Source of the DNA: Pseudogymnoascus verrucosus
Lineage: Eukaryota
NCBI GenBank assembly: GCA_001662655.1
Contig: KV460285.1
Length of the DNA: 64,000 nucleotides
Strand: one strand, 5' to 3'
Shown here: one piece after another, positions 1 to 13,334 of the stretch
How positions within the stretch are numbered: position 1 is the stretch's first letter
Layout: each line of letters starts with the position of its first letter
The notes under the pieces: generated by a model
What the model was told of the DNA's origin: nothing
Database searches by the model: none
What the model saw: the letters and a program-made list of their open reading frames with translations, nothing else
Position numbers and translations under genes: made by a program

Positions 1-1446
1 AAAAAAANNCTCGCCCGTGAAATACGTTATCCTATAATATAATATATTATTTATTTTAGTATTATAATAACAAAATAGGATTATTTTCCCCAAATATTTA
101 TTCTAAAAATGGAAAGAACTGTTACTAAGCAAACTCAATCGCAGCTTCCTTGGGAATTGCTAGTCATATATATGGAAAGAACGATTACCAAACAAACTCA
201 CTCGCAACTTCCCTGCGGCAGCCGCAAGAAAATGTCATTCCCATCCTCATCCTCAACTCCACAGCCACAGCCTTGCCCCTCCCTCCCTCAGCCTCGTCTC
301 CATCCCCTCGCCCCACTCAACCAATCACAACCCTCCCCCATGTCGCAATCGATCCCCTGCCCCCTCCAGCCAATCAGCACGCCCACCCTCCTCTGCCAGG
401 CTGTTAGGCCTCACTGTTCGATGCGAATCGATATATATATCAATTCTCCCATTTGCGATTCCTCTTTCCTTGATATCATTCCGTGATGTGAGCGTGCTGA
501 GCGTGTTTTTGAGACGCGTTGTGGTGCTGGTGTTGTGTTGTGGCGTTTGATCGGAAGGGAGCGGCGACGGTGAGTGATTGACGAGGAAAGGAAGGGGAAT
601 GGGGAGAGGGAAGTACTGTTTTTCTTATATGTTACGTTATCACTTTGGAAGGCTCAGAGAGGGAGCTGGGATTTATTTGCTGTTTTTATTCCTTATATTC
701 TTATTTTTTTCGTGTGGTTATTCGATTTGATCGCTCTCTGGGTCCTGGTCTCTGGCCACTGGAAGTACTTCCTTACTGCGACACTTTGTCTCTATGGCAT
801 TGTCCAGTCTTCACAGGATATGACGGTAATGTATATCCTACATCTGCTCATCCAATGTCCTGGAGATACAGATACAACTCAGCATACATCTGCATATCTT
901 CAGGACATTTGGAGAAGGCACAAACACAAAACACAAACACTGATGGACTGACATGCAGCTACAGTTTGGTTGTGCCCTACATTTCCCCTCCTTCCTCATC
1001 AAAACGACACAACGGATCCCTCCCGACCACCGTACGACTCAAAAAGCGGATACCGTCGGAAACAAATCCGCCGTCCACCGATAGCTGACCAATGACGAAC
1101 TTCCAGACCTGCCGATTTCTGGCCAACCCTCACTCCTCATTGGCCAATTTTTTTTTTGCTCACTGACAGTGGCAACGAACGGTCCAGTCTTGTCACGCCT
1201 CGCCCCGCTTGACTAAGGGCCAGACGAGGAAGCCGTGAAGGTTACAGCACAATCTCTTGCCTGTCGCAGCGACAATCCGTTTCTCCTCAGCTGTTACGTG
1301 ATAGCTCCCTGATGGCGGAACTGCGCCCACGTCGTCCTTGTGACCGCTGAATCAACACAACATATTGGGCAGACAAACGACGACCATATCGCTCTTCAAC
1401 CACGCCGATACGGCTTCACATACACAACGCACATATCGGTCGGGAA

Positions 1447-3195
1447 ATGGCGACGAGGAAGGTCTTTCGCCAATTCTGGCGGCCCGTATACAAACTATGT
1501 ACCGGTGAGCTAGCCGCGACACCCATCCGGCGTACTATCCAGACGAGCGCGAGGAATGCGCACCCCTTTCCGGGCAAGAAACACATACGGCCACCTCCCA
1601 AACGGAATGGCCAGATACTTGCTCTCACCGGTGGGGGTGTTCTGACCATCATTCTCGGCTCACAACTCGCATTTCCATCCCGCGAGAAGAGTGCCTCGGG
1701 ACCATCACCACCATCCCACAAGACCACCGCTAAACCACAACCCCATTCCGAGCAGGAAATCCAACCCGAGCTCAAGGAAGGCGTACAATATTACCGCCTT
1801 GATGAAATCCGTAGCCACGATGGCGCCTCGGCCCGCCCATGGGTCACCCGCGGCACCTCCGTCTACGATATCACAGACTGGATCCCCGCACATCCTGGCG
1901 GCGACGTGATCCTGCGCGCCTGCGGGGGTAGTCTAGACCCGTACTGGGACATCTTCTCGATCCACAAACGCAAGGACGTTTATGAGATCCTCGAGGAGTA
2001 CAAGATCGGGGAAATCTCACCCCACGACCTCGTTGACGGCAAGCTCCCCGCCGCAACAGTCCCCGACCCCTTCATCGCCGACCCAGAACGTGACCCCCGC
2101 CTCAAAACACTCACCGCGCGCCCGCGCAACGCCGAAACCCCCTCCGAAGGCCTCTCCCCCTTCCTCACCCCCACCCCCCTCTTCTACGTCCGGAACCACA
2201 TGTGGGTTCCCCCAGTCGAACCCAACGAGCACAGCCTAACCATCACCCTTCCCTCCGGCGACGAGAAAACCTACACCCTGGAAGATCTCAAATCCCGCTT
2301 CCGCACCCACACCGTAACCGCAACCCTCCAATGCTCCGGTAACCGCCGCGCAGACATGACCCGCGCCGTCCCCGACAAAGGCACCAACGGCCTCCAATGG
2401 GAAGCCGGCGCTATCTCCTGCGCAGAATGGACGGGCGTCAAACTCCGCGACGTCCTCGCCGATGCCGGGTTAGATCTCGCCTCCCCCGGCCCGGACGCCA
2501 AACACGCACAATTCGAAGGCGCCGAAGCATACGGCGCCAGCATCCCCCTCAGCAAAGTCCTCGACTCCCAAGGCGACGTCCTCCTCGCCTTCGGCATGAA
2601 CGGCGCCCCCCTACCCGCTGACCACGGCTTCCCCCTGCGCGTGATCGTGCCCGGCAACGTCGCGGCGCGGAGCGTGAAGTGGCTGAAGAAAATCACCGTC
2701 AGCGACGAGGAGAGCACTACGCAGTGGCAGCGACGGGACTATAAATGTTTCGGCCCCAACGTCGCTAAGCCCGACTGGAGCAAGGCGCCCAGTATCCAAG
2801 AGATGCCCGTCACCAGCGCCATCACGGGGATCCAGCGCCCTGAAGCAGGTGGGAAGGTCAATGTAGAGGGCTACGCGTATAGTGGTGGCGGTCGCGAGAT
2901 CGTGCGCGTAGACGTGTCGATTGATGCCGGCAAGACGTGGGCGCAGGCGGAGCTGATGGGCGATGAGGGGAAGGGGAGTAAGAGCTGGTGGTGGAAACGG
3001 TGGAGGTTTGAGATTCCGGATGAGGGAGATGAGGGGGGGGAGGTGCTGGTGAAGGCTACGGATGAGAGTTATAATACCCAGCCGGAGGATTATAGGGGGA
3101 TTTGGAATCAGAGGGGGAATTTGAGCTGTGCGTGGCATGGGGTGCATGTTGGGCCGGGGGAGGGGGCGAAGAGGGGGAAGGAGGTGAAGGGGTAG
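1447..3195 (+). CDS. SUOX: Sulfite oxidase (cytochrome b5 + molybdopterin + dimerization domains), probably mitochondrial
   Basis: 582-aa intronless ORF. Arg-rich N-terminus followed by a hydrophobic stretch; b5 motif (VYDITDWIPAHPGG); Moco-domain motifs FYVRNH, TLQCSGNRR, DHGFPLRVIVPG, ARSVKWL; C-terminal GYAYSGGGREIVRVDVS. Confidence 0.93.
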   Translation: MATRKVFRQFWRPVYKLCTGELAATPIRRTIQTSARNAHPFPGKKHIRPPPKRNGQILALTGGGVLTIILGSQLAFPSREKSASGPSPPSHKTTAKPQPHSEQEIQPELKEGVQYYRLDEIRSHDGASARPWVTRGTSVYDITDWIPAHPGGDVILRACGGSLDPYWDIFSIHKRKDVYEILEEYKIGEISPHDLVDGKLPAATVPDPFIADPERDPRLKTLTARPRNAETPSEGLSPFLTPTPLFYVRNHMWVPPVEPNEHSLTITLPSGDEKTYTLEDLKSRFRTHTVTATLQCSGNRRADMTRAVPDKGTNGLQWEAGAISCAEWTGVKLRDVLADAGLDLASPGPDAKHAQFEGAEAYGASIPLSKVLDSQGDVLLAFGMNGAPLPADHGFPLRVIVPGNVAARSVKWLKKITVSDEESTTQWQRRDYKCFGPNVAKPDWSKAPSIQEMPVTSAITGIQRPEAGGKVNVEGYAYSGGGREIVRVDVSIDAGKTWAQAELMGDEGKGSKSWWWKRWRFEIPDEGDEGGEVLVKATDESYNTQPEDYRGIWNQRGNLSCAWHGVHVGPGEGAKRGKEVKG

Positions 3196-3548
3196 GTGGG
3201 GGTGTAGAGTATTAGTACCAAGGCATAGCATGGCATACCCATTTTTTATTAATTATCTTTTATCTTCACCTTCCATATTCGTCATGATTTATGATGCCGC
3301 GCTTAGTTATGGCATCGGCTCTTGATCGCCAACATGGATAAACTCAAGAAGGATTTTTGAGGGCAACACTCCACCCATAAAAAGGAACGCCCGGAATCGA
3401 ACGAAGGCGACAAGTATCGTTCGCGAAACAAAAAACTCCAATCGCTCCTGGTTCCTATACTAAGCCCGGCAACCCTGTCTGGCTGCATTGTCCCCACGGG
3501 CGCCGTGTGCAGGCTCTCCTCCGACGGTGGATTCTCACCTAGCACGTG

Positions 3549-3695
3549 TTCTTGTCACCGATTACGGATTCTTGTCACCGATTACGGATTCTTGTCACCG
3601 ATTACGGATTCTTGTCACCGATTACGGATTCTTGTCACCGATTACGGATTCTCGCCGATTATTCGATCTCGCCGATTATGGATTCCTGTAACCGA
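3549..3695. repeat. 20-bp tandem minisatellite (TTCTTGTCACCGATTACGGA) x5 plus degenerate copies
   Basis: Five perfect head-to-tail copies at 3549-3648, then decayed partial copies to about 3695; no spacers. Confidence 0.95.
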
Positions 3696-6600
3696 AATTC
3701 TTACCACCGCCCAGTGAAGCAGGAAGGTATACCTTGATCACTGGCGAGCACGGAAAGAACCCTGTGTTTTGTTTATGTATTTCTTCGGCGTTGGGCAACC
3801 TTTACGATTTCGACCTCAATGTGGTTGTTCTTTGCCTACTGGACTTCAGCAGTGTGTTTTTCGTGTAATAAGTAATATCTCATCGCCTTCATCCGTCTGG
3901 GATCGCGCTTCCTATTTCTCAATCTCTGCGATCGAGGGGAGGAAGATATCAAAGTCGAGACGAGGAGGACGAAGATATCCGCATATGCTCTCCAAAAATG
4001 TTTAGCGGTACGAATGTCACTTGGATGATGTCAAGAACGTCTATTCTATCAATCCCACGAGAACTGATAGTCAACCTCAAACACCAGAGCCCCCTTCATT
4101 CCCATCCCAACCTCCCGTTACCTGATATATAATAAACAACAACCCAAGACCAAACTACTCCGAGCGAGCTAGAAATCCCTCACAATACCCGGAGAGTAGG
4201 GTAAGTGAGGAGAAGTGATGAGAACAGAGCGGCGGTGAGAATAAACTGGCGGCGGTGACAACAGTAGGTCGACGATAACAGTTGTCCAAGAACAACAGGA
4301 AACCAAGCATCGAGAACAATGTATAAACCTCACACTCACCCTTACAGTTCACTACAATGATTTCTCCTGCCTTCTTTCCTGATATAAGCATCGGAGCATG
4401 TCCAGCTATCTTTCGACTGATATCGGGTTGCCATTTATGGACTCATTAGAGCTCATTAGACTTCTACATCATATTTATAGTTATAAAGTCCCCCCAAAAT
4501 AGCAACCCAAAGCCAGCCCCCGATGCGAAATCCCCATTCAGGAAGCTAGGCTTCAAAAGTATCTCTGTTCATAGATGATACAGACATACTTACCCAAGCG
4601 GCCACAGGACAACAACAAGTAGTCAAGAGCAGGTAACATATGACTGAACCCAGCAAATACAATTTTTTTGAAGCTCAAATATAAGAATAGTGGGCCATGC
4701 CAGGTCTGCAGCCGACACTCGCCTTCCATTGCCACAATGACTGGTTCACAGGAAATGACCAACGCCAGCTGGACTACGTCAGCTTGGAAGATCTGTGGCC
4801 TTTCCCCACGTTCTACTCTGAAGGTGTACGTTCTAGGATGGCTGGACAGAAAGAAGGAACGGTGACAGGAACTGGCGACGGTGACAGCAGCGGCGACAGC
4901 ATGCCGACAAGAATAATCCCCCCACAGGAGAAATAATGACTAATGAGGACGGCTGTATACAGCGCATATCAGCCCCCCCGTGTTTAATTTGTTGTGAACC
5001 TATCTAAGGGTGCCATTGTTGGTAGCTTTCCTGGTTTTGCGTCGATAATCTTGTGTGCAACCGGGCCCTAATGTAGTAGCCATCTGTCATCTCGGGATCC
5101 CAACATCTTGTGGCGGATCAACTACCTCTTCTGGGGTTGTTGGAAGATGCCTTTGGGGAAGCGGGGATTCAATGCCACATTCATAGATAATACGAACGCA
5201 CTTATACGTGCGGGTGATGGCAACAAAGTTGCAAAGAAACGAATGAGACCAAATCTCGTGAAAGAGATATACACAAGTGCGAACGTGAGAATCTTAACAT
5301 GGATTCTAAAAACGGCCTTTCAGCTTCAGACGCAGCTTGAGATGGCCAGGTCAAAGACTGGGATATCATGACAACAAGAAAAAAACGGTGACATAAGCTA
5401 CCCACAGCAACAACAAGCACGACGGCAACGGTGACAGCTAGCAAGACAGTGACGGCGACAACAACAGTGACAACATCACCCAATGTCAGTCATAACGCCA
5501 GCAAGCACTGGCTTGCCGAGAAGGGGTTCAGACAGCACCAGTGACGTTGCTGTCATCCGGGCATGGGTGCCTTGTCTGCTTGCATTTTGACCCATCCTTG
5601 TATAACAAAATTGCCCCAGAGGTGAGATGAATGCCGTCTTAAATCAATCGGAACACGATAACTGTTCAAGCCATCCGCAGTAAACAGATACAATATCCGC
5701 CCTCCGTCCCATATCCGCCCCATCCCCGCACTCCCACCCCATAATCCATAACCTTAATCTAGAAAACCTTATACTCACAACCCCCATTGCAGCCTCCCCC
5801 ACATAACCCCACATAACGGCGCGAGATTAGATTCCCTATCCTCCCGTCACCTCTCCACTTCTCTTCCGTCTTAGCCAGGAACCCGTGCATGGGATGGGAC
5901 AATCAAGATAACTCCGAGATGGGACCTGGTGGGAAGCGGGCCACACGCCCTCGTGGTTATGACAGCGGGATATGGGTTTAAGGTATATTATCAGCGGGGA
6001 GGTAAGGGAAGAGGCTCGAGGGCTTGGTATTCAGTCTTGTATTTGGTTGTGTTCTGTTGTGTTGTGTTATACTTTACTTCCCGTACCCCTCTTAGGAGGG
6101 GTTTTTTTGGGTTCTCATATGTGCATCCCCCACCCCCCAAACCTACCAAACCCAATCACGACGCAACAAACCACAGTACCAGCCAAGTCTTCAAGCCCAA
6201 AATCCAACGCGTGCCCCATATAACCTCTCTTCCAATCCCTTCGTTAGTTCGTCTCGCTTTCCGCCTTTTGTTTACCATATCCCCCTCCGTCCGTCGCTTA
6301 GAGTTATCCCCCTCGCTCTACGCCACACACACAATCCCCTACGCACGCCACAACCTGCCCTACCCTACCTGCAGATAATGCATGAACACAAGCCCCAATG
6401 GCCCGGGAGAATGATGTGGATAAAACGCGGGGTAAACTATGACTACCGGACCTTTTGTGGGGTAAACCATCCTCTCTATCAATCCCTCCATCCCCCAACC
6501 CCCCTGGCTGGCTGGCTAAATATCTCCTCAATGCAGTACCGCACCTGTGGCGCTGGGTAAAAAGGGGGTTGCCAGCTGGGTAAAGAAGGAGTGGCGCTGG

Positions 6601-7626
6601 GTAAACGCATCCTGGTGGGTTGGATAAAAGGTTAACCTCGGCGGAGCGCACCGATCGGTCTATCAATCTGTTCTATTCGGTAGGAACTAACTATGGTGTG
6701 CGATCCCTCGTACCTGAGCGGAGGTATTTTCTTTCCTCCCTCCGAATTCCAGATACTACGATGCTGTCACTTTACTTCATTTCACGATATGGTAGAGAGA
6801 TATGGTTCGTAAGTGTATGGTAGAAACTCGGCACCACCCGGCCATCATTTCATTCGCTCCCATCCGCTTTCAATATCAGATCTGTTCAGAATTACATACT
6901 CGTACCCCCCAACCAGTATGTCATGTCAAATATATACACCCGCCAAAAGCCAAAAAATAGACATTTCAAACACCTTCCCCCCCCAAGAACCCCGCCCGCC
7001 CCATATTGACAAATCCCATCCCCCCCCCCTGCCTGGCTATCAAATCCCGTAGAATCCCATCACCACCGCCCCCCCGGTACCTATTTTTATCAACACCCAC
7101 CCCTCCTTCCCTTTCCGGCTCATCTCCCATCGCCCGAACTCTCGCCCCAACACTCCCCCGAAAAGACGAATATCCCACCACACCCCGCGGGCGATAACAC
7201 ACCGAGCCACGCACACAGATAGACGCCACATCTCTTCTTTCGCGGCGGTATCAGGTCCTCCATTTTCATCCCAGCAAGAAACGCTTCTCCGTCTCGTATA
7301 GCTTCGTATCGGCTCGCACCCGCATCAAGCTCAGCCCTGTGCTCATTTCGCCACGTCAGATCAGGAGCCGGGGAGTGAAGGAGGATCGGGAAGATCCCCC
7401 ACATTCGCTCCGCTCCCGCCTCCCGCCTCCCTGGTCCCCCAGGAACGAGAAAAATCTGGGGAGGGAGGGGTGTAATATCGGTGGTAATGCCGGTGGGTGG
7501 CGAACGCCAAGTTTCGTTCATTTGTGTCGATCCTCGGTTGAAAATCCTGCTTTCCCCTCCTCACATCCTGCTTCCCATCATCGTTCGTTCGGGCACTCCC
7601 CCTTCCCTAGGCAAGGTAACTCCTCA

Positions 7627-10483
7627 CTAACCCATCCCTCCCCCCTCCACCCCTCCAAGAAAGAAATCCAGTTCGCTCGGCCCGCCCCCACTATACTCAT
7701 TCTCAGCCAACTGCTCCAGCAGCGTCAAAAACGGATCCTTCTCCTCCCCCTCCTGTCCCTGTCCTCCCATCCCTCCACCCCCTGCATTCCCAAGTCCACC
7801 CGCCACCCCGCAGCCGCTTCCCGCCGAAGGGGTTTGCGCGTCATACGCAAGGGGTGACTGTGCGGATGTGTGTTGATTTTGGTGAGACGAGGTGGGCGGG
7901 TTGAGACCATGGTTGTTGTTGTGTGACCCAAACATGTCGGTGCCGGGGGGTGGTGTGGAGAGCGGATACATCCCCATTGCTCCACCAAACTGGGCAGAGT
8001 TGCCGCCATTGCCGTTGCCATTTCCATTATGGAGATGCTCGGGGTACCCACCATTCCCGGCGCCGAGGGACATCGACGTCCTCGGGTGCCGAGAAGACGT
8101 ACCTGCGCCGTTGCCGTTGCTGGTGATAGGGAAGGAAGAGGGGTTAGAGAAGTCGAGGTGCGGGAAGGTATCTGTTGTTGCTGAGGTCGGGTTATTCCCG
8201 TTTGTGGAGTCGTGTAGGCGAGTAGGTAATTCATTCCCCTCCCCCGCCTCGCGCTTCCTCTTCCCCGTCGCAGCGTTACCTGGATACCCAGATGTGCCGT
8301 CGGGGAAGTGTGAAGATGAAGCGGGCATAGCATGCAGGTTATGCGCGCGATACTCCTCATCAGCCGGATGCCTCAGCGCCACCTCCGCAAAGGAGACGTG
8401 CGCGCCGTCGAAGGAGGCGCCGAGGGCGGCGTAGCGGTCGAAGAAATCTTCTAGATGGAAGACGGGGGAGTAGCGCATAGGTGAGGATGCCAGGTTCTTC
8501 AGCAGCTCCGCGTGCGCCGCGTACAGCGCTTGTAGGGTGTCGCGCTGGTGCTGGACGAGGGCCCAGGTGTACCGGAGTTTGGAGAGCTGGTGCATGGATC
8601 GCGATAGAAGGTCGGGGGAGGAGGAGAACACCTCGTCGGAATGCGAGGTCTTGTAGTGAGAGCCGTGGACGTGCACGGTGCCGGCGCTGCAGACGCAGTA
8701 GCCTACGAAGGCGGGCCATTCTGTTGATCCTGCCTGTCGTCCCAGTTCGACGAGCTCGGCGATGGCGTTGGCGTGCAAGAAACAGAGGTTGGTCGCTTCG
8801 ATCTGCCAGCTCTGGTGCTGGCCTGTCCCGGCTAGCTCTGCGAGGTCGATGGGGAGGAAGGGGCGGTAGATGAGCACGTGGATGAGGTGGTATATGAGTT
8901 TCGCGAGGATGAGGATCGTGCTATCGGGTTGATGGAATAGTGGTGTTGTGGAGGCGAAGACGTCCGCGGTCCCCGAGGCCCAGATATCTAGGTCCTGTCG
9001 GATCTTGGAGAGGTTCGAGAGACTGTGCCAGGGGAAGTGGCTGTCGCCCTTGACGCCGCCGGCGGCGAGGTAGCGCGACGTGTTACCCAGGATCCGCACG
9101 ATGTCGATGAGGAGTCCCGTGCCGCCTTGCGACGTCTTGCCGCTGCCGGCGTGGTATTGGAGGTTACTCCCGTCTTGGAAGAATTCGCCTTCTACAGGCG
9201 CAGATTGGGGGTTTGGTGACCATGAGGGTAGACGGAGGATTAATGAGCTGTCGGGAATCATAGATGGACGCTTCGATCCACACGACGCGAATCGGTCCAT
9301 GAGGTAACATGACCAGAAGAGACGCCGCCTTAGACTTCGTTCGCCGGAGGATAATTTTAACCTAGGGTCCGCCTCGCGGTGTAGTTCGAGAGCCATAGCC
9401 ATTCCGATTCCGGATCCTAGTAACACACACACATTAGCACGCAACTACGCCAAGCCATGCGGACCGACTCACCTAGGAGCATATACGCCTTCTTCCCACT
9501 CCCCAAGGCGACAAAGGATAACGATAGCAGCAGCAGCGCTTGCAGCGTCTCGATACTCGGCTCGTCGATGTTGACCTCCGCGCGCGCTCGCGTCGCGTAC
9601 TCCTCGCTCAGCCGCACCGCAGCATGGTATCCGTTGGGATGCACGGCATACCTGGCACCCACGGCATAGAGGGCGAGCAACAGTCCATTCGGGGCGGTGC
9701 CTGCCTGGACACGCGAGCGGATCACGCCCTCGTCGAGGATGAAGTAGGGTTTTCCATGCGCACGCCCGAAGTAGGCATCGAGAAGGACATCGTCTGCGAC
9801 TGCGGGACTCTGCACACTAGGGGTGGGTGTGTAGATAGCGCTCTCAATGGTGGGCTCGGGTATATTTTCGGTCTTGAGATTAGGGCGCTGCTGCTGGGCG
9901 TGTTCGGGGAAGGTATCGGTGCCAGCTGAGGAAGAGGTGTCGGGCGGGACGGAGGGAGGGTCGCTCGGAGAGTCCTTGGAGCCGTTGAGTTGTTTCTCGT
10001 CTTTGAGGCGGCGCTCGAGGCCGTCTACGCGCTTGAGGAGTGCTTCGAGGACGTCGGTCTTGGGACCGCGCTTTTTGGGCACGGCGTCTGCGAGGAGGGT
10101 CGTCAGCAACGTGCAGCCAAGGAGTTTCTTATCATGGCAGCTGCAAGGCACTATCTTGTCTGAGACATGCCTTGCAGCTTGCACCATGCGGATTATATCT
10201 CACCATATACACAGGGACACTGGAAGACCTGGCAGGCCTCACAAGTCGGCCGCAGCCGGTTGCACTTGATCTACAGACGACGGATTAGCACGCGGAAAGC
10301 TGGTACGCGGTCGTCTTCGTCTCGCGAATCTCCCAGGCATAGACATCGACTCACCTTCCTCTTGCGACAGCTCTTGCAATTCATACTCTCGCGGGGCTCA
10401 TTGCTCAGTCTCCTGGCAGCAGCCGAGACCGGGAGACGCTCAATGCCCACAGCGGGTCTGAAGGCGGAGGTCGCCATTCTCAT
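7627..10483 (-). CDS. Zn(II)2Cys6 transcription factor with fungal TF middle-homology domain; candidate GaaR/QutA-type activator
   Basis: Spliced model: exons 10483-10355, 10270-10204, 10087-9473, 9416-7627 (866 aa). This rebuilds [30 protein letters not shown]. Middle domain [14 protein letters not shown]; acidic/hydrophobic C-terminal tail [14 protein letters not shown]...ELDFFL. Confidence 0.92.
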
Positions 10484-13334
10484 CGCCCAGCGGCAGCGGC
10501 ACCAACAGGAGCGGCAGCGCAGCAGCAGCGCCTGGGGGCTGCTGGGAGCCCTTCTGCGATCGCGCCAATGGCCGGGGCGGGATTTGTTGGGCGTACGGCG
10601 CGACGGAGATTCTTTCTACGTCATGCGGTGAGGGTGGTAAGGCGGGCGTGGAGCATGTTGTGAGGGGATGAGAGGGAGAGGAAATTTCTCCGGACGGCGA
10701 GAGGTTGCGGAGAATATGAGGTGGTGGTGATATTTGGGATGGGGATGGGGAGGAGTTGATGGGGAACTGTGGATTTTTGGGGCCGAGGCGACAAAGAGGG
10801 ATGGGATGAGGGATGTTGGTGGTTGTAAGTACGGGTTATGCGGTACAGTATGCAGTATACATACAGTAGCGTCGAATTTTAGAAGGGGAAGGGAGGGGGG
10901 AGGGAGGGGGGAAGTGTGGGGTGTGGAGGTTTTGTGGAGGTAGGAGTGGAGGAGGTTAGGGTGGAAGTTGGTTAGGGTGATTAGGGTAGGGAACGACAGG
11001 AGAGGCGGTTAGCGGAGGCGTAGAAAAGGAAGGGAAGGGGAAGGGGTTATGCGTGACAGCAGCGTGGTTTTGACAACTAATTAGATATGTAGTTACTAGG
11101 AGAGGAAGTTAGATGTACGGTAGGCTAGTATAGACGTATGGTAGTTCAGCACAGAGGGTGAGACGAAGCATGTACTTACTGGTACTAGCAGTAGAGTTTT
11201 CTATAACCCGCCCACGCACGACGCACGAGTACCGTACCGACAATTCCTTCTAAGCACGGCCGGCCGGCTCACGACTCGATGCTTAGTCTACCACCAAGCG
11301 CTTCCACGGTAAACGGGTCAGGTAGAGCACTATAACCCTCCGTCTAGCACTATATCTCTCCCTCTGGCACTTTAGAAATGTGCGGTAAAGTGAGGGGATG
11401 GTAGGGGGGGGAACCCTGCTAGGACGGTCAGAATGGGAGGAAAGACGGGGAAGAGAAGGACCAAAGTCGTGGTACACTGGGGAAGAGAGAGGGGAGGACG
11501 GGGGAGGTAGCGGGGAGGTAGCCGATGAGGGAAAAGGGTGGTGAGTGAGAGTTGTAGGGGGAGTGTAGTAGACCGAGTATGACGAGTAGTAAGTGTGTAG
11601 TGTAGAGAGTAAGAGCGATTGTATGAATACAATACTAGCAACAGCCTCATCTAGCTGGCAGACGACTGCCTACTCCTCCAGCCTCTCTATGCATAAAATA
11701 CCTCCCAACTACCTCCCTCCCATCCCCATCCACCACCTCCAAGTACCTCTACCCCCCGTGATCGTCGCATCACCCAGTAAACCCCCGAGAAACCAGTCCT
11801 ACATAGACGCAAAGATCAAAGAGACTCCGGTGGGGTTTGCGAGGAGTGTGGGTGGAGAGGGTGCAGGGCTATTTTAGTGGTAGGAGGGACATGACAGGGC
11901 TAGAGACAGGTCTAGGTCTGGCGCGGTGGTGTGGTGTCTGACATTCATTTTTCACGTGGTTGATTAATGTGTTGATCCCCCGGTGCCCGCCGTAGATATC
12001 CCGATGGGCAGGCACGGGCTAGGTACAGGTTTGGTTGCTCCTGCCCTGTTCTGTGTTCTAGATACACATATAAACCAAGACCACAACCCACTCACAACAT
12101 CTGACATGACATCGAACATCTCTAGTGTAAACAATACACGTCACCCCCTCTCACCCTCCTCAATTTCCTATCCCTCCTCTCCCGTCTTCTCTGTCCACCT
12201 CTTCATCTCTCTTTCTCACCCCTCTCCTCTCCCCCTATATCAAATCCCCTATATACCTCCATTCGTCCCACCACCAGAAAACCACGTGCGAACTACCCTG
12301 CAGAACGAACCCTCCTCCCCTGTTTTGAGTGCTACACCACTACACCATGGAGCCTCACCCTCCGCCCTATCCCTAATTAATTCGCCCGACCGAGCCGTTA
12401 GAGTGCGTGGGTGGTGAGCGGCGGTAGTGGAGAGGTGGGCTCTGTGGGCTCTACGGTACTCTCTGCGGAACTCGGATCTGTTACCGTGCGCTTGCTCGTC
12501 TGGACTACTACTGGTGCCGTGTCTGTGTGGTTTATCCGTCTGCTGTGGAGTCCCGAGTATAACCCGCGGAGATGATTATCACTACACTAACTGTTAGGGC
12601 ATCGGATGAGGGTATAGACAGCTAACAGACTCTCCAACTCATTACTATCGAATTGTAGAATATATGTAGATACACTCCTGAAAGAAACTACAATCTATTT
12701 CGGCCCCTCGCCCGAAACCTCCCCCCTCACCACTCTATCCCCAGCCACGCGGCTCGGGCTAGCACCGCGCGAGCGTCACCTTCCTCTCCTAATTTTCCAC
12801 TCCACGGCAATACCTTCCCTTCTTCCCTTCCTTCTTTCCTTCTGTCCACCCATACGGACTAGACACCAGTACTTGCGGCGACAGCGCTCAGAATAGTCAG
12901 TAGCGCCCCAGTACCGTGAGTACCGTGCGAGTACCGCTGAGTCGGCCGTTGGATGGTGCGTCTTGTCGGGCTTGTCGTGTCTTGTCTTTGTTCACGGACA
13001 GCTGCGGACCGGCTGGAGCAGTGGAGAAAGGAGAGTGAGTGCGTTTCGTGCCGTCTGCGGTGGAGTAGGTCCTCGTGTGGGCGTATACAGGGCGTAGCAG
13101 TTTCTCACGACTAGCACATGCCAGCCGCCCAGTCCCACGCTCAAAAATCTCTCAGTAGCATAGAGTAGCACAGAAATAACATCATCACCCTTACCCCTCC
13201 GGACACTCACCCGCACCGCCGGCACCGAACTGCACAGCACTGTACTGCGTGATGGATCTAAGGACCGACTCGGACCGCCGTGGCGTCTCGACATACACCA
13301 CCACAGCGTGCCACACCAGTTTATTACCCTCCTA

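Noticed and set aside
109..1088. Short ORFs upstream of sulfite oxidase
   Set aside because: Low-complexity or non-ATG ORFs with no motifs and no coherent splice model.
3549..3648. CRISPR-like appearance of the 20-bp repeats
   Set aside because: Units are contiguous with no spacers, there are no cas genes, and the context is eukaryotic.
10956..10991. TTAGGG-like repeats (interstitial telomere or G-quadruplex)
   Set aside because: Only three non-contiguous copies in a G-rich background; insufficient evidence.
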